A stretch of DNA of 64,000 nucleotides from Gekko japonicus (Eukaryota). Shown here piece by piece: positions 43,301-51,600 of the stretch. A program made the translations under genes and the position numbers. The stretch covers positions 1,837,294-1,901,293 of the forward strand of contig NW_015165236.1 in assembly GCF_001447785.1 (NCBI RefSeq). The letters are read 5' to 3'. The notes beneath the pieces were generated by a model. The model did no database searches. It was not told where the DNA came from and worked only from the letters and a program-made list of their open reading frames with translations. Each line of letters starts with the position of its first letter. The stretch's first letter is position 1.

Positions 43301-43989
43301 GGACACCCACCGTTTGCCCTTGCTGTTCGCGTACCACTTCTGGAAGCGTACTGGAAGCTGACCTTCTTGCGGCAGGTGCTCGGCTCTGAATGGGCTCCGT
43401 TCACATACAGAGTAAAGCCCTGCTCCAGCTGCTCCAGCTTCACCTGGATGGGGTCTTTCCTCTGGAGACGCCTCAAAATCCTGAAACCAAAAGATCAGCC
43501 ATTCTCCACTCTGTTGCACTTTACAGCACAGGCCTAGGCAGTTATTCCAGTCCAAGCCCAATGACTGGCCCTTAGAACTAACAGATCTGAGAATGGCAAT
43601 CCCATGCAGGACTACTCTAAACACGCTGGCTTAGGGTGGATTCCAATGTTCAGTATACAACAAAAACAACAATTTGACCCCATTTTGTTCGTATTTATAG
43701 TTTGATTTCCTGCTCCCCCAGGATCCTAAAAGAAAGTTCATGCTGTATTTTATGAACTTCCTGATTTCAAATTCTCTTTTCTGCAGAAGAGAAAGTTTAG
43801 GGTAAAGGGTTCTTGCTTGTGCAAGATAGATCTAAAAACCTGAACCAGCTTCCTTCCTGCCAGTGACCTATCTTGTGTCTGACGATGCAGCGAACTACGG
43901 AGCCTGGCCTACCTGTTTCTCTGCTGAAGCAATACTAAATGTTCATCATGCTTCTCGTCGAAGTCAGTCACCATGTCCTTGGGTTGACT
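17164..43989 (-). CDS. KATNIP: Katanin-interacting protein (KIAA0556; ciliary/basal-body protein, Joubert syndrome gene, repeated DUF4457-type domains); first one or two small exons not located
   Basis: 23 exons traced, from [28 protein letters not shown] through repeated SxWGDxxYxGLxGxE / MWL / WNYNKS motifs to [14 protein letters not shown](A)xRPKT. Position between GSG1L and GTF3C1 is syntenic with human. Confidence 0.96.
17600..17688 (-). CDS. KATNIP: KATNIP penultimate exon ([20 protein letters not shown])
   Basis: Conserved; AG/gtgggc. Confidence 0.9.
18537..18697 (-). CDS. KATNIP: KATNIP exon ([21 protein letters not shown])
   Basis: Conserved; AG/GT boundaries. Confidence 0.95.
18926..19027 (-). 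CDS. KATNIP: KATNIP exon ([34 protein letters not shown])
   Basis: Near-identical to the mammalian sequence as recalled; AG/gtaagc. Confidence 0.95.
19434..19573 (-). CDS. KATNIP: KATNIP exon ([31 protein letters not shown])
   Basis: Conserved; AG/GT boundaries. Confidence 0.95.
20120..20470 (-). mobile_element. CR1 LINE fragment
   Basis: Translates to [18 protein letters not shown] and IQSDFKRL. Confidence 0.75.
20703..20958 (-). mobile_element. SINE family A
   Basis: Reverse-complement copy. Confidence 0.85.
22444..22649. mobile_element. hAT MITE (further copies at ~11600-11810, 46735-46895, 62542-62728, 63628-63793)
   Basis: TIRs caatgttccctctaagctg / cagcttagagggaatattg; 8-bp TSD gtcgccac/gtcaccac. 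Confidence 0.85.
22754..22864 (-). CDS. KATNIP: KATNIP exon ([24 protein letters not shown]..)
   Basis: Conserved; flanked by two U12-type introns. Confidence 0.94.
22865..24154 (-). other. U12-type (minor spliceosome) GT-AG intron of KATNIP
   Basis: 5' splice site GTATCCTTTT; branch site TTCCTTAAT ~12 nt before the AG. Confidence 0.9.
22947..23836. repeat. AT-rich long palindromic element, left arm split by a LINE insertion
   Basis: ~190-bp arms around ~23620; remainder of the left arm at 22947-22980. Confidence 0.8.
24155..24219 (-). CDS. KATNIP: KATNIP exon ([21 protein letters not shown])
   Basis: Conserved; followed by a U12-type donor. Confidence 0.93.
24306..24463 (-). CDS. KATNIP: KATNIP exon ([28 protein letters not shown])
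   Basis: Conserved; AG/gtaagt. Confidence 0.95.
24575..24740 (-). CDS. KATNIP: KATNIP exon ([32 protein letters not shown])
   Basis: Conserved; AG/gtaagc. Confidence 0.95.
25957..26134 (-). CDS. KATNIP: KATNIP exon ([27 protein letters not shown])
   Basis: Conserved; AG/gtgagt. Confidence 0.94.
26582..26657 (-). CDS. KATNIP: KATNIP exon ([16 protein letters not shown])
   Basis: ttttttatag/gtaagt; bridges the phases of its neighbours. Confidence 0.85.
26673..26970 (-). mobile_element. SINE family A
   Basis: Reverse-complement copy; tail abuts a KATNIP acceptor. Confidence 0.85.
27260..27468 (-). CDS. KATNIP: KATNIP exon ([28 protein letters not shown])
   Basis: Conserved; AG/GT boundaries. 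Confidence 0.93.
28146..28916 (-). CDS. KATNIP: KATNIP large exon ([42 protein letters not shown])
   Basis: Lies in and extends ORF 27955-28755; 771 nt, phase 1-1. Confidence 0.95.
29020..29610 (-). repeat. Tandem array of four ~143-bp family-B SINE units
   Basis: ctctccagggtctc-like motif recurs at 29048, 29190, 29333 and 29476; each unit has A and B boxes on the - strand. Confidence 0.85.
29982..30756 (-). CDS. KATNIP: KATNIP large exon ([19 protein letters not shown]..)
   Basis: Lies in ORF 29764-30768; AG/gtaaga. Confidence 0.9.
31303..31352. repeat. (CT)n microsatellite
   Basis: Direct observation. Confidence 0.95.
31879..32019 (-). CDS. KATNIP: KATNIP exon ([21 protein letters not shown])
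   Basis: AG/gtaagc; conserved. Confidence 0.92.
32757..32972 (-). CDS. KATNIP: KATNIP exon ([29 protein letters not shown])
   Basis: Highly conserved; AG/gtaagc. Confidence 0.93.
33451..33568 (-). CDS. KATNIP: KATNIP exon (PQKKLLEVL..)
   Basis: Matches QQKLLKVL; phase-compatible with both neighbours. Confidence 0.75.
33575..33858 (-). mobile_element. SINE family A
   Basis: Reverse-complement copy; tail abuts a KATNIP acceptor. Confidence 0.85.
34462..34565 (-). CDS. KATNIP: KATNIP exon (..[10 protein letters not shown])
   Basis: Conserved DRIGLLGSR; AG/GT boundaries. Confidence 0.8.
36140..36339 (-). CDS. KATNIP: KATNIP exon ([24 protein letters not shown])
   Basis: AG/GT boundaries; conserved RPLSATRK. 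Confidence 0.9.
36575..37300 (-). mobile_element. CR1 LINE 3' end
   Basis: Translates to [43 protein letters not shown], plus CR1 3' UTR. Confidence 0.88.
38178..38327 (-). CDS. KATNIP: KATNIP exon ([22 protein letters not shown])
   Basis: AG/gtaaga boundaries. Confidence 0.9.
39106..39349 (-). CDS. KATNIP: KATNIP exon ([22 protein letters not shown])
   Basis: AG/gtaagt boundaries, in frame. Confidence 0.85.
40318..40613 (-). mobile_element. SINE family A
   Basis: Reverse-complement copy. Confidence 0.85.
41140..41274 (-). CDS. KATNIP: KATNIP exon ([17 protein letters not shown])
   Basis: AG/GT boundaries; YSDDFE motif. Confidence 0.9.
42039..42157 (-). CDS. KATNIP: KATNIP exon ([16 protein letters not shown]); donor uncertain
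   Basis: ccttccag acceptor; APSKIQRR matches APSKVQRR; the only phase-0 GT nearby is at 42038. Confidence 0.6.
43311..43480 (-). CDS. KATNIP: KATNIP exon ([28 protein letters not shown]..)
   Basis: AG/GT boundaries, in frame. Confidence 0.92.
43913..43989 (-). CDS. KATNIP: KATNIP exon ([25 protein letters not shown])
   Basis: AG/GT boundaries, 77 nt, matches the KATNIP N-terminus. Confidence 0.92.
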
Positions 43990-44199
43990 CTGAAACACAC
44001 ACATGCAGATGAGCAGTAGTGGAAAAAGGGTTTAGTGAAAATGTTCTGCTCTACGGCAGGACATTTGGCAAACCGACTCCATACATCAAAACCAAACCGA
44101 ACTAAGATTGAATCTGGTCGAATCTCCTCTGACCTGCTCCTTGTCAGACTCCTGGACAAAGTTACTGTCAACAACACTCTCGGGCAAACCAAAGGTTGC

Positions 44200-44420
44200 A
44201 ACCCACCAATGTTCACTGTGGGAAAAAAGTGATTCTAGTCCGATTACAGCCCACCAATATGCTTCTTCTCTTCTTTATTTCACGTCATGCAGTGCAGTTG
44301 TCTGGAAGCAGCGGAAGAAGCAGGCACTGCATGACGTAAAATAAAGAGGAAAAGAAGCATATTGGTGGAATATAATTGGACTAGAATCGTTTTTTTTTCC
44401 ACAGTGAACATTGGTGGGTT
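44200..44420. repeat. Palindromic MITE-like hairpin
   Basis: ~95-bp inverted arms, aacccaccaatgttcactgtgg..ccacagtgaacattggtgggtt. Confidence 0.8.
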
Positions 44421-44879
44421 TTCCCGGTAGGGCTCTTTTTGTAGCAGGAACCCTCCTTTGCATATTAGGTGACACCCCCGCTAAAATAGCCAATCCTCCG
44501 AGAGCTTACAGTAGCCCTTGTAAGAAGAGCTCCCTAAACTCTTGGAGGATTGGCTACATTAGAGGTGTGACAGGGGTCATTTCGTAGAAAAAGAGGTGCA
44601 GCTCATTAGCATAACTCATCAGCATAACTCGTTTGCATATGCCACACCCCCTGACATCACTGGAAGTGTGTCAGAAGGCAACACCCACAGCTCAGGCTCC
44701 ACTGGACTGTTTTGGATTGCTAGCTATTGTGTGGTGTGTGGGGGGGGGACGTGCAGATCTGTCCTCACAGAGGAGGGAGATCTTGTGCCTGAATAAAACT
44801 TGAAGGTGCCACTGGACTGTTTTGGATTGCTAGCTATGTGGGGGGGGGAACACGATCTCTCCTCGCAGAGGAGGGAGAG

Positions 44880-45421
44880 CTTGTCCCTGAAGGCGGGGCG
44901 GGGGNNNNNNNNNNNNNNNNNNNNNNNNNNNNNNNNNNNNNNNNNNNNNNNNNNNNNNNNNNNNNNNNNNNNNNNNNNNNNNNNNNNNNNNNNNNNNNNN
45001 NNNNNNNNNNNNNNNNNNNNNNNNNNNNNNNNNNNNNNNNNNNNNNNNNNNNNNNNNNNNNNNNNNNNNNNNNNNNNNNNNNNNNNNNNNNNNNNNNNNN
45101 NNNNNNNNNNNNNNNNNNNNNNNNNNNNNNNNNNNNNNNNNNNNNNNNNNNNNNNNNNNNNNNNNNNNNNNNNNNNNNNNNNNNNNNNNNNNNNNNNNNN
45201 NNNNNNNNNNNNNNNNNNNNNNNNNNNNNNNNNNNNNNNNNNNNNNNNNNNNNNNNNNNNNNNNNNNNNNNNNNNNNNNNNNNNNNNNNNNNNNNNNNNN
45301 NNNNNNNNNNNNNNNNNNNNNNNNNNNNNNNNNNNNNNNNNNNNNNNNNNNNNNNNNNNNNNNNNNNNNNNNNNNNNNNNNNNNNNNNNNNNNNNNNTGC
45401 CTTGCGGCGGCGGCGGGGGCG
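44880..45421. promoter_or_regulatory. Bidirectional CpG-island promoter of KATNIP and GTF3C1 (mostly N-gap)
   Basis: Head-to-head gene arrangement; CpG- and GC-box-rich sequence on both sides of the gap. Confidence 0.6.
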
Positions 45422-45642
45422 ATGGAGGCGCTGTGGGCCGCGCTGGACGAGGTGGCGCTGGAGGGGCTGGAGGGCCTGGCGCTGGGCGCGCTGTGGGAGC
45501 GCCTGGCCGGCCGCGTCCCGGCCTTCCCGCTGCCCCTGGAGCCCGCCGTCCGGCAGCTCCTCTGGGCCACGCTGGCCGCCCAGCCCGGGCTCCGCTTCGC
45601 CCTCCTCCCCCAGCCCCGCCCCCCGCTCCGCCTCTTCGACCG
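45422..45642 (+). CDS. GTF3C1: GTF3C1 exon 1
   Basis: ATG; LDEVALEGL motif; donor gtgagg. Confidence 0.95.
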
Positions 45643-48600
45643 GTGAGGAAGGGGGGGCGGGGCGGCTGTGGGGCAGGCCAGCTCCCTCTGGGGAGGCGGG
45701 GTTGCCAACCTCCAGGTGGAGCCTGGAGACCGCCCCCTTCCCTCCCTCCGGGCGACGTTGATTTGCTTATTTATTAAATATATCTGACACCTGCATATTC
45801 CACTTCTCCTGGAGAAAAGGGCTTGCTTGGGAAGGCGGACTGTAGAGCACTTATATCAGGGGGTGGCCAAACTTGCCTAACGTAAGAGCCAGATAAAATA
45901 AATGTTAGGCACGAATGCTGGGCGGATTTTCGGGGCGTGATCACACCACAACATCTGGCAAGCGTAGCGCACCCCGTGGCCAACCTGTGGCGTGCCGCCG
46001 AAGATGTGCAGTTAAAAAGTACCTGCAAGGATCTACTAGCAAATGCTTTGCCACGAGCTGCAGACGGACTCCTTCGGTGTGATCGCGCCGGTGTGCGCCT
46101 ATTCCCTCTGGGTGTCCTCTTTGCAGCGCGCACCAAAGGACGAAACCCTGGTGCGCTGCCGTCACGTCTGATCACATAATGGCGGATCAGAATGCGACGG
46201 CGCAAATAGCCACGAAGCAGATATTGATAATGATATTTGTTTGTTCTATGATATTTGTTTGCTAATGATGTTTCGCTTCCCCAGCCGCCCTGCCGGGAGC
46301 CGCACAATATGTGTGAAAGAGCCGCATGCGGTTCCCGAGCCACAGTTTGGCTACCCCGGCACTATACCATGCTGAGGTCCCTCCCCTCCCAAAGCTCTGC
46401 CCTCCCCAGTCTCAGCCCCCAAACTTCCAGGAGGTATTTCCAAACCCGAAGCTGGCAGCCTGTTTCTAGTCTTCTTGAGGCCCCAGCTAGCCCCACGGGC
46501 TGGCTCCCTTCTGGCAAAGAGCTCAGCGTAGAAGTGGTGACTTGTGTCGCTCAACAGCTGAAGCGGTGCCAGTGTGGTGTGGATGGTTAAGAGCGGCGGA
46601 CTCTATAATCTGGAGAACCAGGTTTGATTCCCCACATTCCTCCTCCACATGCAGCCGGTTGGGTGACCCTGGGTGAGCCACAGTTCTCCCAGAGCTGTTC
46701 TCTCAGAGCTCTCTCAGCCCCACGTACCTCACAGGCATGCTCCCTCTAAGTTGTGGAGTCTTGTGAGCAAAAATTCTGCTTTGTGAGCGACTGGCATTCA
46801 AGTTGTGAGCGAGCGATTTGGCTACTGCATGAATCAGTTTGCTCTGGAGCCGTCCTTCCTGAGCGAAGACAAAAAGTGTGTGAGCCGGAGAGACTGTAAG
46901 CTACTCTGAGAATCCGAGTGAAAGGCGGGGTATAAATCCAATCCTATTCCTTTTTCTTGCCGAGTGAGGGTTTGACCCCGTGACTTCTGGTCTCAGGATG
47001 GCCCAGCAAAGCACCCTGGCCTAAGTTCCTTCAGGCTGGGCAGTTTGGGGGCAGGTTGAGCTCTTGGACCCTTCCGTTCCGCACAAACAACAGCAAACCC
47101 AGCCGATTCCAGTCAGGCTGGCTCAGAAGAGCTCACACCCTGCCTGTTGTTTCAGGTATGAAGAAATCGATCTTGAGATGGGCATACTGGAGACCAAGAG
47201 AGACCCCATTCCTTTAGATGACATTTATCCTGTGCACATGGTCATGGACGACAGCGATGGCATTCAGGGCTCCTGCCAGTATTTTAAGGAGAGGCTGGAC
47301 ATAACGGATCAGATCAGGACAAAGGACATGCAGCCCCGTTGCACTTACACAGAGGCCCATGACAGGTGAATATCCTAAGCAAACCAGCGAAATGCCTGTG
47401 AAACTGTTACCACGACCTATTCATAATTTGTGCGCACGTGGTTTCCGTGGCTGCAGTATATGTCAGAGGCAGAACTTCTTCCTACTAATATAGCTTACAC
47501 TTCTTGGCTTTTCTTCTAGCTACTCTAGCCCTCTATTTTTACGTACAAGGAAATGCACACAGAATTCTTCTATAGCTGAGATCTAGCTCTAATCTAGTCC
47601 TCATGTTCTCCTAATTGACAGAGGCAGTGCAGTTACCAGCACTCCTTACCCTTATTGATTGGTTGATGAAGGTTCGAGAGTGTCAGGATGGTTTCTACTG
47701 TTAAGTGATTAGTTTATAATCCAACTTGATCCTCTTGTTGTTGCTTGTTCAATGCTTGTGATGTTTATTGTTGTAAACGATTGTTTAAAAATGAATTAAA
47801 ATATATTTTTAAAAAAGAACTGTTCCCTGCTGCATCAGACCAAGTGCCCCTCCTCCCTCAGCATTCTCTTGCCCTTATGGGTGGCTACCTATCCCCCAGG
47901 TAGCAGACGAGAGCGGTCTGCTCATTGTTTTGCACATGGGTGTCCGACACTGCCTCCAAACTGAACACTGGTAGACACGGCTTGTGTTAATTTGGCTGAT
48001 CCCAGTTTAGAGTTGTACTTTATACAGCTCTGTTATCTCTCCATCTTGTGGTGGTGACTTTCGTGGCTCTGCGTTATCCTTGAGTTCTCATGTAACGGAT
48101 GAGGGAGAGAAGCCCTCTTTCTCTCCCTGCCTTATCCAAATGCATTTTGCACTCTGGCATCTCTACACAGTGTTTGGTTCTATTTGTGCTTGCTTGATAC
48201 TCTGACTGTGTGCTTCGCCTTAACGAAGCTGCCCTGGTCTTCCGATAAGCACAGGTCTCATGCTCCCTTTCAGGCTTGCCTAAAAGCCCTCTTACTTCGT
48301 CAAAATGATCCCCTAGTGTTTGTGTGTACATAATCCTCAGGCGCTGGCTGTAAAGCCGAAGCCTGCATCTCCTTCTAGAAGACGCATGAGGAGCAGCAGC
48401 AGAAGGGAGGGTCTTCTCGCGTGTGGTTCCCCCCACCCAGAACCTCTCTGCCTCGTTGAGGAGTCCTGCCAGCCACTCTTTATTTTCTTGTTGTTCTTGC
48501 CTTGCAGATGGGGAGACAAGCTGGTTATGGTTGCATCCCAGACCCTGCGGCACAGAGCGCTGATTGGTTGGGAAGGAGATCCAGACTTAAAACTTCCCGA

Positions 48601-51600
48601 CTTCTCCTACTGCATTTTGGAGCGCCTGGGGCGTGCCCGGTGGCAGGGAGAGCTCCAAAGGGACCTCAGCGTAGCGTTCAAGTAAGCATGTGAAGACTTC
48701 TATATCTGCTGGTAGGCAGCGCTGCTGCGGTCCGGGTGCCTTGCTTGTGCTGCGGCGGCTTCTGTTTCCTGTCCTGAGTTTGAGCTCCAGTTGTGAGACG
48801 TGTGATTTGTGCTGCCAGGGGGGCGGGGCATGAGGAGGGTACCCCTTCCTGGCTAGGAGAGAGAGCCACTTTATACCCTGTGGGTGGGAGGGGCTGCTGT
48901 GGCCGTGGCCTGCCTGCTTCTTGCAGGGTGCCTCTGGGATAGGCTCAGCAGTCTCCCTTGACTCCTCCGTCTTCTCACTTTGCTGTTTATGTTTGGTGTC
49001 GTGGTTGAAGTGCGCAGAGGACTCTGATCTGGGAGAACTGGGCTTGATTCCCCACTCCTCCTCCACTTGCACCTGGCTGGCTGACCTTGGGCAAGCCGTG
49101 GTTTTGGCAAGAGCTGTTATCTCAAGGACAGTTCTCGAGAGAGCTCTCTCAGCCCCGCCTGCCTCCCAGGGTGTTTGTTGTGGGGAGGGGAAGGGGAAGG
49201 AGTTTGTCAGCTGCTCTGAGACACCTTTGGGTACTGAAGGGCCATGGGGTATACATCCAATCTCTTCTTCTTCTCTTCTATGGGGCTGCTGAGCTGTAGA
49301 GAGGCCACCTGCCGATGCCCCGGGGGAGATGTCAGAGCCATAGCCAGACCAGGACAGATGTGTTTGAGTGTGTATATATCGTGCCGTGTTTAAACAGTCG
49401 GCAACCGTTTCTTCAAGTGGTGGTGCTGGTGGAAGGTGTCAGCCACTTGCAGCCGACTTATGGCGACCCCATGGGATTTTCCAGGCAAGAGACGCTCAGT
49501 GGTGGTTTGCCCTTGCCTTCCTCTGCATAGCAACCCTGGACTTTCTCGGTGGTCTCCCGTCCAGACAGTGAGGAGTGCCAGCCCTGCTTAACTCTGCGGT
49601 CTGACAAGATCAGGCTAGCCTGGGCCAGCCAGGTCAGGGCTTTGTTCGAGTAGCCTGTTCGAGTAGCACGTTTAGCCTGGAGAGGAGACGACTGAGAATG
49701 TCAGAACCCACAGCTAACAACGAAGCACATGCATTCAGGAATGGTTATACTTTTATTGCAAAGCTATAGATGCAGTAAGACAGGCACTGTTAAGAATAGC
49801 GGCAACCCATAGAGCCTAATAGGATATAGGGTATTCATATGCACCCCCCCTGGCGTGGGCCAATTAGGTACCCTCCCGCGCGTGGGACAAGTTAGGAAAC
49901 CTTTAGGTGGCTAAAGCTGGGAACCAGGAGTCTCTCACGGTACATAGGAGACTTCCAGACAACACAACCTCCTCCTGCACTTCTGTAGGGATACGTGTTT
50001 CAGCAAAGGCAATTAACAAGACACAAAAGGAACTCCCCAACCCCCATGGCAGGATAGCTGACATACTGCCCTCTCGAAAATCAGCTTCTCCCGACCAACC
50101 CGGGAGGTCCCCCGGTCATTCCGGGAGATCTCCCGGTTTGTCCGGGAACTCCTGATGGAACTGTCGTAACAGATCAGGGGCCTGAATATCCCCTATTTGC
50201 AAGTACTTGAAGGGCTGTCGAATAGAGGATGATGCGGAGTTGTTTTCTGTTGCCCCAGAAGGTCGGACCAGAACCGACGGGTTGAAATTAAATCAGAAGA
50301 GCTTTCGGCCAAACATGAGGAAGAACTTCCTGACAGTTGGAACGGGTCCTCAGTGGAACAGGCTTCCTCGGGAGGTGGTGGGCTCCTCATGGGAACAGGC
50401 TTCCTTGGGAGGTTTTCAAACAGAGGCTCGATGGGCACCTGTCAGCAATGCAGATTGTGTGTACTTAGGCAGATCACAAGAGGGAGGTCAGGAAGGGTTG
50501 CCTCGGTGCTGAGTTCTCGTGGCCCTTTCTGACACGCCCAGGGAAATGCCAATCGCCACTTTAGGGTCAGGAAGCAATTTTTCTCCCGGCCAGTTTGGCT
50601 GGAGATCCTGGAGAGTTTTTTGTCATCTTCTGGGCGTGGAACAGCGGTCATGACGAGTGTGGAGGGGGAGGTATTTGTGAATTTCCTGCCTTGTGCAGGG
50701 GGTTGGACTAGATGACCCTGGAGTTCCCTTCCAACTCTGTGATTCTATGATTTTAAGAGAGAAATAAAGCAAGATCACTGAAGTCAGAATTAGATAACGA
50801 TCCCCTTCTCCATCTGCTTGCTGATGCCAACTCATTGCCTGTGTTAGTGTGTTTCGCCTGGAGGAGAGGGGGCTTGTTGGAGAAGCCAGAACACATTTCA
50901 GGCCTAGCTTAAGAACCCAGTTTGATTCCTGATGCGGTTGGCATCATCGCATTTAGATGTGGACATTTTGAGAACACTTTTCTTGATTCTTCCACTTTTG
51001 CACACTTTGCTTTTTGCGCCATAAGAGTCCAAAATGTTGTTCCAGAGTGGATGCCGGGAAGCTTCACTACCACCGCAGGGTGCTGGACAGGAACGGACTC
51101 ATTTCCATGCAGTCCCACGTGATCCGGTTGCCCTCGGGGGCCCAGCAGCACTCCATCCTCCTCCTCCTGACCCGCTTTCATATCGACAGGTGTGTACGAG
51201 ACTGGGGGGGGGGGGGGGGGGGGGTAACGGTTTCCAGTGTTAGAGGCGAGTGGCCACAGAGGTTCTGTCTTCTTCTCTCTCTTTGCCCACTTCAGCGCAC
51301 TGCTGATAGCTTGCAAGCTGGTCAAGCAACGGGCATTGCTTTGTTGCCTCCCTGGGAAGTGCTCGTGGTGTGTTCACTTCTGCTTGCCTCTTCTTGGGTT
51401 TTAGGAGGAGCAAATATGATATCCTTATGGAGAAGCTCTCCGGAATGCTGAGCGGTCGTCCAGGACAGATGGAGACCCTGGGGAACATCCGGGAGGAGCT
51501 GGTGAGGCCCCCCCCCCCTTTGTGTTTGCTCAGTCTAACAGATGGCTTGAAAAGAGGCTTAGACGGATTCCTGGAGGAGAGGTCTCTCAGTGGCTGCTGG

